DNA of 58,514 nucleotides from Bacilli bacterium (GTDB lineage: Bacteria > Bacillota_I > Bacilli_A > JBKEDG01): positions 1 through 58,514 of the forward strand of contig JBKEBI010000047.1 of the NCBI GenBank assembly GCA_047973085.1, written 5' to 3'. Under the pieces are notes generated by a model. That model ran no database searches, had not been told where the DNA came from, and saw nothing but the letters and a program-made list of their open reading frames with translations. This document shows, one piece after another, positions 17,654 through 28,451 of this stretch. The translations under genes were made by a program, and so were the position numbers. Within the stretch, counting starts at the first letter, position 1. Each line of letters starts with the position of its first letter.

Positions 17654-20521
17654 TTATTTATCTTTTTTTACATTTTTATTTAAAATTAAATATAGTGAAG
17701 GAATTACACATAATGATAGAGGAATAGCAATAATTAGCCCTCCTACAAGTGTAATCGCCATAGGTCTAAAGAAATCACTTCCGACAATTATTAAAGGAAT
17801 TAAACCTATTATAGTTGTAATATTAGAAGTAATAATTGGTCTACTTCTTCTTTTAACAGCTGTAAAACATTTATCATAAACACTCTCTTCTGGACTCTTA
17901 TTAATATAATCTACTAATAAAATTCCATTGTTGACAACTATTCCCATTAAACTAACGAGTCCTAGTGTTGCTGTAAATGTAATGGGTTGATCAAAAATTA
18001 AAATAAACAATGCACTTCCTATTAGTGAAAATAAAATTGAAGTCAAAATAATAATAACTTTTTTAAAGCTGTTAAATTGTGCTAGTAATATCATCAAAAT
18101 TAGTAATAGTGCTGCAATACCTGCATAAATAACATTTGTAAAAACAGTTGTTGTAAGCTCTTTTTCACCTTTAATAATATAGTTTGCATTTTCTTTATCT
18201 AAAATTTCTTCAACTGCATCATTTACATTATACACAGTATAATTGCTATCTACAAATACATCAATTGTATTAGCAACTTTGAAATCGGTTCTTGAAATTG
18301 ATACTGGTGTTTCAACAGTTTCAATTTTAACAAGATCACTAAGAATAAAGGTTTGCTCATTCACTGTGATAATTTGGTTTAAAAGTTCATCCATACTGTC
18401 TATATTATTTGATACAACAATTTCATCACTTACACTATCAATATTTAATACATTTACATCTGTATCATTAATAAGACGTGCTATTTCATTGTAAACTTGT
18501 GCTTCATTAATACCAAATTGCATTAAAATTTCATCATTTGTATCAATACTATACTTTTCTGAATATTCTAACGTCGAAGACTGAATACTTTCAACTCCAT
18601 CAATATTTTCAAGTTTTTTAATCAAATTTTCTGTTTTGTCAATGTCATATAAAATAATTTGTATTGGTGCCCCTGGAGCATTCATCATAATCTCTTCTAC
18701 ATTAAAAGTAACATCATCAGGTAATTTATTATTTAACACATTCTTAATTCGCTCTATTTCTTCACTGTTACTTCCTTCATTAATGTATAAAACTCTTCCA
18801 GTATTTGGAGTTTTTGAATTTGCTACCAGAGTTGAATAAAAAGCAGGAATGGAATAATTAATACTACTAATAACATTTTCACTATCAATGTTTTCTTCAA
18901 TAATATTTTTTATTTCTTCAACTTCTTCTAGTCGGTTACTACTACTTAATTCAAAGTCTACATAGATATAATCTTTTTCTGCTGTAGGAAATAATTGAAT
19001 TGGTTGAAATATATATACTCCACCTATTGATACTACAAGTAAAACAAGGACAATAAGAACGTTTACTTTAGGAAAACGAAGTGAAAATCTTATAAGTTTA
19101 TCAACAAATTTAAATTCGTTTCTATTTCTTGGTTTTAGCAACTTAGATCCAAATACAGGTATTACAAAAATCGAACTTAAAAATGAACAAATTAAGGCAG
19201 CAATAACTGTAATAGGTAACGAGGAAGCCATTTTACCAGCTATTCCTGGTAAGAATAAAAGAGGTGTAAATGCAACTACTGTTGTCAATGTACTTGTAAA
19301 AATAGGTAATGCATTTGTTTTAATAGCATCTGAAATACTTTTATCCATATTATTTCCTGATTCTAGTTCATGAATAATTGCATCTACTATAACTATAGCA
19401 TTGTCAACGATTATTCCAATACTAATAATCAGACCAGCAATTGATACATTTTGCAGAGGCACATTTATTAAATCAAGAAATAATATTGTAGTAAATATTG
19501 TCAATGGAAAAGTAATTAAAATCGTTAATGCACTTCTAATTCCCAATGAAAACATTGAAACAATTAGAACAAGAACCATCCCTACTAATAAAGTTGAATT
19601 TATTTCATTAATTGCATCATCAACATAATCTGGTGAAAAACTAACTGCCTTAAATGAAGGATAATTTTCTGCAATGTCTTTAACTTCATCACCCACTTTT
19701 GTCACATCAATTTCTTGATCGAATTGCACACTTAAAAACAAAGAATCCTCTCCATTATAGGTATTTACATAATCTTTATTTTCATTTAGTACAATTTCAC
19801 TGACCATATCAAGTGTAATAATTGTATTATTATTTACACCTATTACAGTTGAATTTAATTCCTCTATATCATCAAAACCATTAGTTGTTATCACCGGATT
19901 TCCCTCAATAATCCCTAATGTTGCATCAATTCCTTTGCTACTTAAAAGTTGCGTTATTATACTGCTATCAATTCCGTATGTAGCAAGCATATTATTATCC
20001 AAATTAACTTGGTAATTTGACAAAGAATAATCACTTATTTTAACATTTTTTACTGAATCAAGTGAATATAAATCACTTTGAAATTGCTCAGCTTTATCTA
20101 AATCATCTCTAGGAAAAACGTACAATAAATCACTTACTCCAGGATATGGACTTACTTCTATATCTACATTTTCGTCAAAAGTTAAACCTGCAATAGCATT
20201 ATTTAACTTTGATTCTACTTCATTAACATTTTCAACTTCTATATCATATACAATAATCATTAGTCCAAAGTTATCATATGCATATGAAAAAACATCTCCA
20301 ATTCCATCAATACCTGAAACTTGAGAATTAATTGTTTCAATAACATCTCTATCTAGTTCTTCATTATTTTTCCCAACAGCCTCGATTGTAATTTGTGTAT
20401 AAAGTGATCCAAGATCAGGATTTTCCTGTTTTGGAATATTAATAAAAGAATTAATTCCAAGAATAATTAAACCTATTGAAATTGAAATAAATAACCTTTT
20501 TAACCTTAATAATTTGTTCAT
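17654..20521 (-). CDS. RND (AcrB/SwrC-like) efflux transporter permease
   Basis: IPKQENP, GIIVDNAIV, STLTTVVAFTPL, GIVVNNGILL, RSRPI motifs; 955 aa. Confidence 0.9.
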   Translation of the reverse strand: MNKLLRLKRLFISISIGLIILGINSFINIPKQENPDLGSLYTQITIEAVGKNNEELDRDVIETINSQVSGIDGIGDVFSYAYDNFGLMIIVYDIEVENVNEVESKLNNAIAGLTFDENVDIEVSPYPGVSDLLYVFPRDDLDKAEQFQSDLYSLDSVKNVKISDYSLSNYQVNLDNNMLATYGIDSSIITQLLSSKGIDATLGIIEGNPVITTNGFDDIEELNSTVIGVNNNTIITLDMVSEIVLNENKDYVNTYNGEDSLFLSVQFDQEIDVTKVGDEVKDIAENYPSFKAVSFSPDYVDDAINEINSTLLVGMVLVLIVSMFSLGIRSALTILITFPLTIFTTILFLDLINVPLQNVSIAGLIISIGIIVDNAIVIVDAIIHELESGNNMDKSISDAIKTNALPIFTSTLTTVVAFTPLLFLPGIAGKMASSLPITVIAALICSFLSSIFVIPVFGSKLLKPRNRNEFKFVDKLIRFSLRFPKVNVLIVLVLLVVSIGGVYIFQPIQLFPTAEKDYIYVDFELSSSNRLEEVEEIKNIIEENIDSENVISSINYSIPAFYSTLVANSKTPNTGRVLYINEGSNSEEIERIKNVLNNKLPDDVTFNVEEIMMNAPGAPIQIILYDIDKTENLIKKLENIDGVESIQSSTLEYSEKYSIDTNDEILMQFGINEAQVYNEIARLINDTDVNVLNIDSVSDEIVVSNNIDSMDELLNQIITVNEQTFILSDLVKIETVETPVSISRTDFKVANTIDVFVDSNYTVYNVNDAVEEILDKENANYIIKGEKELTTTVFTNVIYAGIAALLLILMILLAQFNSFKKVIIILTSILFSLIGSALFILIFDQPITFTATLGLVSLMGIVVNNGILLVDYINKSPEESVYDKCFTAVKRRSRPIITSNITTIIGLIPLIIVGSDFFRPMAITLVGGLIIAIPLSLCVIPSLYLILNKNVKKDK

Positions 20522-20534
20522 AGTATACTCCTTT

Positions 20535-21470
20535 TTATTTCATGTTTTCATCAATTACCTTTGCTTTTTCACTTATTTTTCTAAACCAATGATTTAACTT
20601 AGATTTTGAAAATGTTATACCTAATTCTTCACTCATAATATCAGCAAGTTCATTTAAAGAATATTCTGGGAACATTCTTCTATATCTACAGAGGATTTGA
20701 TATTTTTCATCTAAAACATTAAGACCGATTGTTTCTTCGATAATTTTAATATTATTTAATTGTCTTTGTGCAGCGTTAAAGCTCTTTTCATAATTAGCTT
20801 GTTCAAAATTTTCAATTCTATTTGCCTGATTTCTAATATCTCTAGTCATTCTAATATTTTCATAAAACATCAGTGCATTATTTGCCCCCATTAAAGCTAA
20901 AATTTCACTAATTTTCTCTGCCTCTTTAATATATACAACAAAAACTTCCTTTCTTTCTATAATTTTACTATTTAAGTTCATACTATTAAGTACTTCCATT
21001 AAAACTACAGCATGATCATAATCAGAATCTTTTATTTCAAAGTGATACTTAGCAGTTTGAGGATTATTAATGCTTCCACTTGCTAAAAAAGCTCCTCTTA
21101 AAAAAGCCTTTTTATATTTTTCATTCTTAATTAAAGTAAAATCTTCATATTTTTTATTTTCAACAAAAGAAATGTCCAAATTTTCCATAATATCAAAGAC
21201 ATTTGTATTAAGAGAAAGCCGATATTTTTTTTTAGCAAAATTACTATTTTTTATAATTGAAATTTGACAAGTTTGGTTAAAAAAATACTTTACTAAGCTA
21301 AATATTCTTCTCGCAATTGAAGGATTTTCTGTATTTATAATAATTCTTGGACTTTGTGAATTAAATACAAAAGAACCATTTATTTTAACTAGGGCAGCAA
21401 GTTCGCTTATTGAATACTTATCAATTTCTAAATTAACTAATTCTTTTTTTACATTTTGAGCAAATGACAT
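20535..21470 (-). CDS. whiA: DNA-binding protein WhiA
   Basis: MSFAQNVKKEL, FLRGAFLASGSINNP, YIKEAEKISEIL, NRIENFEQAN. Confidence 0.93.
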   Translation of the reverse strand: MSFAQNVKKELVNLEIDKYSISELAALVKINGSFVFNSQSPRIIINTENPSIARRIFSLVKYFFNQTCQISIIKNSNFAKKKYRLSLNTNVFDIMENLDISFVENKKYEDFTLIKNEKYKKAFLRGAFLASGSINNPQTAKYHFEIKDSDYDHAVVLMEVLNSMNLNSKIIERKEVFVVYIKEAEKISEILALMGANNALMFYENIRMTRDIRNQANRIENFEQANYEKSFNAAQRQLNNIKIIEETIGLNVLDEKYQILCRYRRMFPEYSLNELADIMSEELGITFSKSKLNHWFRKISEKAKVIDENMK

Positions 21471-21484
21471 AATACCACCTCATA

Positions 21485-22654
21485 TTAATGAATAAATGTT
21501 TTGTGAACTAGCTCATGATGATTCAAACAGTATTCAATAATCTCTAAATCGCTTGGATACATTTCTAAGTCTTTTAATTCTTCAATTTTAATCCATTCAA
21601 GGCTACCCTCTTCAGAAAATGTTTTAAGGTTACCTGTATATTCTTCTGAATAAAAAATATACATTTCTAAGTCTTTTTCTTTATATCTAACATCTGCAAT
21701 TACTTTCAATGTGATATGCTTTAGTTTCAACCCAGTTTCTTCAAAAAATTCACGTTTAGCAGTTCTAATGGGAATTTCATAATGTTCTATTTTACCACCA
21801 GGCATACTATATCTATTAGTAGGCTTTTTTATAAGTAATATTTTCCCTTCGTTAAATAAAATAGAAGTTGATATTTTTAGTTTGTATTCATTTTTTTCAT
21901 TTGACTTTTTTATAAGTAAAATTATACCAAATACTATACCAAAAATACTTACTAATTGAGCAACTTTGAAGTCTCCAAGCATTAAACTATCTGTTCTAAG
22001 TTGTTCTATAAATAAACGTGCTGTAGAGTACCATATGATGAAAAAACAAAAAACATCACCTTTTCTTTTAAATAAAACTCTTCTTCCAAAAAATGCAATT
22101 AAAAATCCTATGAAATTCCATACAGATTCATAAAGAAATGTTGGATGATAATACATTCCACCAATATTCATTCCTTCAATAATAAAATTTGGTAAATGAA
22201 GGTTTTCTAAAAAACTCTTAGCAACTTCTGGTCCATGTGCTTCTTGATTTGTGAAATTTCCCCATCTTCCAATTGACTGCGCTATCAAAAATCCTGTAGC
22301 ACCTATATCAAATGCATCCCACATATTAATTTTATGTTTTCTACAGTAGTAGAAAGTCCACACAAATGCTCCAATAATCCCTCCATGAATTGCAAGACCA
22401 CCATCACGAGTATTAATAATCTTTAATATATCAAAAGCATAATCTTCCCAGTTAAAGATTACATAATATAACCTAGTGGAAATTATACTAATAATCAAAC
22501 CATAAAAAACAAGATTATCAAAATGTTGCATACTTATATTTTTTTCTTTTGCTAGCTTTCTTGCAAAGAAATATGCAATAATAATTCCTGTTAAAATTAG
22601 AATTGAATACCAATAAATTTTAATAAATCCTAAGTCAAAAGCTATTTCATTCAT
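21485..22654 (-). CDS. lgt: Prolipoprotein diacylglyceryl transferase fused to a C-terminal NUDIX domain
   Basis: GGLAIHGG, GRWGNF, HPTFLYES, then Nudix box GKIEHYEIPIRTAKREFFEETG in the same frame. Confidence 0.9.
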   Translation of the reverse strand: MNEIAFDLGFIKIYWYSILILTGIIIAYFFARKLAKEKNISMQHFDNLVFYGLIISIISTRLYYVIFNWEDYAFDILKIINTRDGGLAIHGGIIGAFVWTFYYCRKHKINMWDAFDIGATGFLIAQSIGRWGNFTNQEAHGPEVAKSFLENLHLPNFIIEGMNIGGMYYHPTFLYESVWNFIGFLIAFFGRRVLFKRKGDVFCFFIIWYSTARLFIEQLRTDSLMLGDFKVAQLVSIFGIVFGIILLIKKSNEKNEYKLKISTSILFNEGKILLIKKPTNRYSMPGGKIEHYEIPIRTAKREFFEETGLKLKHITLKVIADVRYKEKDLEMYIFYSEEYTGNLKTFSEEGSLEWIKIEELKDLEMYPSDLEIIEYCLNHHELVHKTFIH

Positions 22655-22673
22655 AAAATCACCTCAAATAATA

Positions 22674-24791
22674 TTATATCATAGATAATGATACTTTTCC
22701 TTTTTCTTTATCTAAATCTATAATTGTAACTTTTACAATATCGCCAACATTTAGTTTTTCCATTGGATGTTTAATAAACTCTTTACAAATTTTAGATATA
22801 TGTACTAAAGCATCATTTTTTAAACCAATATCAACAAAAGCTCCAAAATCAACTATATTTCTTACTGTACCCTCTAATTCCATTCCAATCTCTAATTCCT
22901 CAATTGTTGTAACATCTCTTCTAAGTTTAGGTGCTGACAAATCATCTCGAGGATCTCTTGTAGGAGCCAGTAATGATTTTTTTATATCTTCTATTGTAAA
23001 AGTATCACTACTATACTTATTTGCAGTTTCAGCTGTATTAAGGTTAGAAATAACTTCTCTAAACTCATCAGATTTAATATTAACTAGTGCTAAATTTAAA
23101 TCTTTTAAAATATTATTAGTTAGCTTATAGCTTTCAGGATGAATAGAAGTTTGATCAAATAAATTCTCTCCACTCATAATACGTAAAAATCCTGCTGATT
23201 GTTCAAAGCACTTATCACCTAAATAGCTAACATTTTTTAATTCTTCACGACTTGTAAATGCTCCATTATCACGACGATATTTTACAATAGATTTTGCAAT
23301 TCTTGGAGTAATTCCAGAAATATGACATAAAATTGTCTCACTAGCATTATTTACATCAACACCAACGTTATTTACAACTTTTTCAACTGTAAAATCAAGT
23401 TCTCCTTTTAATAGCTTTTGATTTACATCGTGTTGATATTGACCTACCCCTATACTTTTAGAATCTATTTTTACAAGTTCAGCAAGAGGATCTTGAAGTC
23501 TTCTTGCAATACTAACTGCACTGCGCTCTTCTACAGCTAAATCAGGAAATTCATCTCGTGCAATCTTACTAGCTGAATATACACTTGCTCCTGCTTCATT
23601 AACAATAATATATTCAACAGTAAGCTTATTCTTTTTTATTACATCAGCAACAAGCATTTCACTCTCTCTACTTGCTGTTCCATTACCAATTGCTATAATG
23701 TCTATATTATATTTTGTAACTAAATTTAATAGTGTTGGTTCTGGATTTTTATCCAAAAATATTTTATCAATATGAAGCATATCACCATACTCATTAACAA
23801 TAGCTAATTTACAACCAGTTCTATATGCTGGATCTAGTCCAAGTACCCTTTTTGACTTTAATGGTGGCTGCATTAATAATTGCTCTAAATTCTTAGAAAA
23901 TAAACTGATTGCTCCAGCTTCTGCTTTTGTAGTAAGTTCTGATCTAATCTCCCTTTCTATACTTGGAAAAATAAGTCTAGAAAAAGCATCACTAATTGCA
24001 AACAAAATATATTTACTACAACTATTTTCATTTTTACAATATTTTTTATAAATTTTATCAATTAAAAAATCCTTGTCAAATTCAAGCTTTACATTTAAAA
24101 TTTTTTCTTTTTCTCCTCGATTAAGAGCAAGAGTACGATAATCTTTTAATTTAACAATACTATCATTATATTCATAATAAATTTTATAAATTTCTTTTTC
24201 ATCTTTTGCATTTTTCTTTATTTTACTTGTTATCAAAGATTTTTTACTTATATAATCTCTAATATATTTTCTATGTTCACTCTTATCAGCAACAATTTCA
24301 CTAATAATGTGGCAAGCACCTTTAATTGCATCATCAATATTAGCTACATCTGCATTTATAAAACTTTTTGCTGCTTCTTCTACATCAATATTTTCCTGCT
24401 TCAAAATTATATTCGCTAAAGGTTCAAGCCCATTTTTCTTTGCAACTGTTGCTAGAGTATTCTTTTTTTCTTTAAAAGGTAAATAAATATCTTCTACATC
24501 TACTAATTTAGTACATTTTAAAATTTCATCCTTAAGCTCAGAACTTAGCATACCTTTTTCATCTATTAATCTTATTACTGTCTCTTTTCTTTCACTTAAA
24601 TTTAAAGCATATTGATATTGTTTTTCTATTTCATGAATCACTTCTTCATTTAAACCATTTGTCATTTCTTTACGATATCTAGCAATAAATGGTACAGTAT
24701 TTCCCTCTTTTAATAAATTCAAAACTGCAACAGTCTGTTTTATTGAAATATTCAATTCTGCTGAAACTTGTTTTATAATTATTTCATTCAT
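22674..24791 (-). CDS. tex: Tex family S1-domain RNA-binding protein
   Basis: TVPFIARYRKE, GLDPAYRTGCK, IARRLQDPLAELVKI, C-terminal S1 domain. Confidence 0.95.
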   Translation of the reverse strand: MNEIIIKQVSAELNISIKQTVAVLNLLKEGNTVPFIARYRKEMTNGLNEEVIHEIEKQYQYALNLSERKETVIRLIDEKGMLSSELKDEILKCTKLVDVEDIYLPFKEKKNTLATVAKKNGLEPLANIILKQENIDVEEAAKSFINADVANIDDAIKGACHIISEIVADKSEHRKYIRDYISKKSLITSKIKKNAKDEKEIYKIYYEYNDSIVKLKDYRTLALNRGEKEKILNVKLEFDKDFLIDKIYKKYCKNENSCSKYILFAISDAFSRLIFPSIEREIRSELTTKAEAGAISLFSKNLEQLLMQPPLKSKRVLGLDPAYRTGCKLAIVNEYGDMLHIDKIFLDKNPEPTLLNLVTKYNIDIIAIGNGTASRESEMLVADVIKKNKLTVEYIIVNEAGASVYSASKIARDEFPDLAVEERSAVSIARRLQDPLAELVKIDSKSIGVGQYQHDVNQKLLKGELDFTVEKVVNNVGVDVNNASETILCHISGITPRIAKSIVKYRRDNGAFTSREELKNVSYLGDKCFEQSAGFLRIMSGENLFDQTSIHPESYKLTNNILKDLNLALVNIKSDEFREVISNLNTAETANKYSSDTFTIEDIKKSLLAPTRDPRDDLSAPKLRRDVTTIEELEIGMELEGTVRNIVDFGAFVDIGLKNDALVHISKICKEFIKHPMEKLNVGDIVKVTIIDLDKEKGKVSLSMI

Positions 24792-24825
24792 AACTTCCTC
24801 CATAAAAAATAGAGCATCTGCCCTA

Positions 24826-25788
24826 TTAATTTAATACCTCATTTTCAAATTTTTGAATTACATCTCCTAGTGATCTTTCTTCATATACTGCTTTAATTCC
24901 ATTAGCAAATAATTCAGCTGTATTTAAAATTATTAAATTATCAAACTTTTTTTCTTCACTAATATGAATTGTATTAGTAACAACTATTTCTTTTGCATCA
25001 CAATTACTAAGTCTCTCAAAGGCTGGACCACTAAAAAGTGGATGAGTACATGCAACGTACACATCTTTTGCACCCTCTTTTTTTAACTCAGCAACTGCAT
25101 TTACAATAGAACCACCTGTATCAATCATATCATCAATTAAAATACAGTTTCTATCTTTTACTTCTCCAATAATTCCCACAACTTCACTCTCGTTAGGTCT
25201 AGGACGTTGCTTATCTATTATTGCAGTCGGACATTTTAGTAATTCACTCATTTTTTTTGCTCTAACTGCTCCTCCATGATCTGGAGAAACAATTGTCATA
25301 TCCTTAATGTTTTTCTTTTTAAAATGCTTAGTTATAATTGGTAACGCATTAAATTCATCTATTTGCACATTGAAAAATCCTTGAATTTGAGAAGCATGTA
25401 AATCCATAATCATTACTCTAGTTGCTCCAGCAGCTTCTAAAAGCGTAGCAACTAATTTAGAGGTAATTGGTTGGCGAGGTTTACATTTTCTATCTTGTCT
25501 TGCATATCCATAATAAGGAATAACTGCACAAATAGTTTTAGCATCTGCACGTTTTAGAGCATCAATCATAATTAAAAGTTCCATAATGCTTTCGTTAACG
25601 TTTGGTGGTGAAGTAGGTTGCACTACATAACAGTGACTTCCACGAACACTATTAAATCCCTCAACTATAACCTCTCCATCAGCAAATTTTTGAATTTTAC
25701 ATTCAGATAGCTCAATTCCTAAATTATGTGCTATATCTTTTGCCAATTCTTTACTATTTGTAAGCCCAAATACATTGATTTTTCTCAT
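24826..25788 (-). CDS. prs: Ribose-phosphate pyrophosphokinase
   Basis: FADGE, PYYGYARQDRK, DLHASQIQGFF, DDMIDTGGS. Confidence 0.97.
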   Translation of the reverse strand: MRKINVFGLTNSKELAKDIAHNLGIELSECKIQKFADGEVIVEGFNSVRGSHCYVVQPTSPPNVNESIMELLIMIDALKRADAKTICAVIPYYGYARQDRKCKPRQPITSKLVATLLEAAGATRVMIMDLHASQIQGFFNVQIDEFNALPIITKHFKKKNIKDMTIVSPDHGGAVRAKKMSELLKCPTAIIDKQRPRPNESEVVGIIGEVKDRNCILIDDMIDTGGSIVNAVAELKKEGAKDVYVACTHPLFSGPAFERLSNCDAKEIVVTNTIHISEEKKFDNLIILNTAELFANGIKAVYEERSLGDVIQKFENEVLN

Positions 25789-25790
25789 TT

Positions 25791-27146
25791 TTATTTCTCC
25801 TTTTTGTAATTATTTTTTATTGTTTCTCTACTTCTTGCAATTACTAATGAACCACCTTCAACTTCATCAACAGCAACCGTACTACCTGCCGCAATTCTTA
25901 CATTATTTCCAATTTTTATTGGTGCAATTAAATTTACATTACTTCCAATAAAACTTTCTTTTCCTATAATTGTTTTATGCTTTTTTTCACCATCATAATT
26001 TACAGTAATTACTCCGCATCCAACATTAGTTTTTTCACCTATTTCACTGTCTCCTAAATATGTCAAATGTGCAGACTTTACTTCATTTTTTAAAACAGAA
26101 TTTTTAACTTCAACAAAGTTTCCAATTCTACATTCACTTGCAATTTCAGAATTTGCTCTTATGTGTGCGTATGGTCCAACAGTTGTATTAGTTCCAACTT
26201 TTGAATTATAAATATATGAAGATAAAACACTACACCCATCATCAATAATTGAGTCTTTAATTTGAGCACTATTGATAATACACCCACTACCAATAACAGT
26301 ATTTCCTGTAATAATACTATTTGGATAAACAACTGTATCATTATTAATTTTAACATCCCAACCAATATATGTACTGTTTGTATCAACAATTTGAACACCA
26401 TTTTTCATATGTTTTAAATTAATATACTCTTTCATAATGCTGTTAGCAATTGCTAAACCTTCTAAATCATTCACTCCAATACTAAAATTATTATTAGAGA
26501 TGGGAACAGATCCAACTCTTAAATTATTATGATTAAAAATCTCTACCAAATCTGTAATATAATATTCATTTTGAGCATTACTATCACCGATTTCCTCTAT
26601 ATATTTAAATAATTTTTGATTATCAAAACAATATGTAGAAATATTTACTTCATTTATTTTAAATTGGTGTTCTTCAAGATCTTTTTGCTCTACAATCTTT
26701 TGAACTTGAAATCCATTTTTAATAACTCTACCATATCCATTAGGTTGATCAATAATTGCAGTAAGCATTGTCATATCACAACTATTTGTTTTGTGATAAT
26801 TAATTAAAGATGCAATTTCTTCTTCATTAATTAAAGGCTGATCTCCTGCTACAATTACAGTAATACCATCGCTATCACCTAATAAATTTTTAGCTTGCAT
26901 AACCGCATGACCTGTCCCTTTTGTTTCCTTTTGAAGAACATATTCAATTCCCTCATCTAAAGCTTCAAGAACTTGCATGCGTTCTGGACTAATTATTGGA
27001 ACAATCCTATTTACTCCAGCATTTTTTAAATTATCATGAACACAGCTTATCATTGGCTTATCTAATATTTCAAATAGAACTTTTGGTTTGTTGCTTTTCA
27101 TCCTACTTCCTTGCCCTGCAGCAAGAATTAACGCTTTTATATCCAT
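25791..27146 (-). CDS. glmU: Bifunctional UDP-GlcNAc pyrophosphorylase/glucosamine-1-P acetyltransferase
   Basis: ILAAGQGSRMKS, GTGHAV, EYYITD, hexapeptide repeats, NYDG. Confidence 0.96.
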   Translation of the reverse strand: MDIKALILAAGQGSRMKSNKPKVLFEILDKPMISCVHDNLKNAGVNRIVPIISPERMQVLEALDEGIEYVLQKETKGTGHAVMQAKNLLGDSDGITVIVAGDQPLINEEEIASLINYHKTNSCDMTMLTAIIDQPNGYGRVIKNGFQVQKIVEQKDLEEHQFKINEVNISTYCFDNQKLFKYIEEIGDSNAQNEYYITDLVEIFNHNNLRVGSVPISNNNFSIGVNDLEGLAIANSIMKEYINLKHMKNGVQIVDTNSTYIGWDVKINNDTVVYPNSIITGNTVIGSGCIINSAQIKDSIIDDGCSVLSSYIYNSKVGTNTTVGPYAHIRANSEIASECRIGNFVEVKNSVLKNEVKSAHLTYLGDSEIGEKTNVGCGVITVNYDGEKKHKTIIGKESFIGSNVNLIAPIKIGNNVRIAAGSTVAVDEVEGGSLVIARSRETIKNNYKKEK

Positions 27147-27162
27147 AAATCTCTCCTTTAAA

Positions 27163-27729
27163 CTATTTTACAAACCCCATATTTTTTACTGGTCTTTGCC
27201 TAAAAACCACTTTCCCACTTATAGTTTCTTCAGAAACAAACCCTACATATTCAACCGACCTACTATCTAAGCTAACTACTCTATTATCTCCTAAAACAAA
27301 GAAGTGCCCTTCAGGAATTACTCCAGAATTAAAATTATTTGTAACTTGGTTAAATTCCATAATATTTTCATCTACTTCGATCACTTTATTATCAATAAGC
27401 AACTCACCATCTTTTATTTCAACAACTTCTCCTGGAAGACCTATAATACGTTTTACTAAATATTCTTCTTCTTCACTATCATCATTATCAAAAACAATTA
27501 TGTCAAAGCGGTCCAATCCAGTAAATTTATATATTTTAGTATCAACCATAACAACATCCTCATTGTATAGAGTAGGCTCCATACTTGTACCTACTACACT
27601 ATCTATTTCAACAAAATATAACCTAAAAACTACAATGATACCTAAAATTATTATAAACCCTAGATTTCCATATATTAATTTAAAAATTCCTTTAAGAATT
27701 TTTTTTATAAAATCTACAACATTTTTCAT
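27163..27729 (-). CDS. lepB: Signal peptidase I
   Basis: SMEPTL, VKRIIGLPG, GDNR..S.DSR. Confidence 0.95.
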   Translation of the reverse strand: MKNVVDFIKKILKGIFKLIYGNLGFIIILGIIVVFRLYFVEIDSVVGTSMEPTLYNEDVVMVDTKIYKFTGLDRFDIIVFDNDDSEEEEYLVKRIIGLPGEVVEIKDGELLIDNKVIEVDENIMEFNQVTNNFNSGVIPEGHFFVLGDNRVVSLDSRSVEYVGFVSEETISGKVVFRQRPVKNMGFVK

Positions 27730-28451
27730 AATTCACCTTTATTTCTCTCTTTAATTTTCTCTAAAACAACTTGATCGATATTTATCATGTTTTTATCAAT
27801 TAAATCTCTTCTCCTAAGTAAAGTTTTTTCAAGTGCCATTTCATATCTATATTTGTCTATTTCTTGATGATTTCCACTCAACAAAACATCTGGCACTCTA
27901 TTACCATCATACTCAACAGGTTTAGTATATACTGGATAATCTAATAATCCCTGTGCAAAAGAATCATTATCAACACTTGCTTTTTTTATAACTCCCTCAA
28001 CTTTTCTTGTTATTGCATCTATCAAGACAAATGCAGCAACTTCTCCACCAGTTAAAACATAATCTCCTATAGAAACCTCTAAATCAACATAATTATAAAC
28101 ACGTTCATCAAAACCTTCATAATGCCCACATAAAATTGTTATTTCATCTATTTTTGCAAAAGTTGTAGCCATTTGATCATCAAATTTTTCACCTGTTGGA
28201 GTAAGAGCAATTATTTTCCCTGGGTTTGAAATTGACTGTAGACATTTATGAATCGGTTCTACTTGCAAAACCATTCCTGCCCCTCCACCATAACTAGTAT
28301 CATCAACAGATTTGTTATTAGCTGAAGAAAAGTCTCTAAAATTATAAATTTTCACCTCTAGATTTCCATTATCTATTGCCTTTTTTACAATTGATGAGTT
28401 TAAAAACGAGTCAAATACTTCTGGAAAAATTGTTACTATATTAAACCTCAT
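27726..28451 (-). CDS. trmD: tRNA (guanine37-N1)-methyltransferase
   Basis: VDD..YGGGAGMV, CGHYEGFDER, SIGDYVLTGGE. Confidence 0.97.
   Translation of the reverse strand: MRFNIVTIFPEVFDSFLNSSIVKKAIDNGNLEVKIYNFRDFSSANNKSVDDTSYGGGAGMVLQVEPIHKCLQSISNPGKIIALTPTGEKFDDQMATTFAKIDEITILCGHYEGFDERVYNYVDLEVSIGDYVLTGGEVAAFVLIDAITRKVEGVIKKASVDNDSFAQGLLDYPVYTKPVEYDGNRVPDVLLSGNHQEIDKYRYEMALEKTLLRRRDLIDKNMINIDQVVLEKIKERNKGEL

Noticed and set aside
27090-27125. Alternative genetic code (AGG=Met as in some Bacilli, or TGA=Trp as in mycoplasmas)
   Set aside because: AGG encodes the conserved Arg of GlmU GSRMKS. The Trp codons inspected are TGG, and core genes are full length under table 11.
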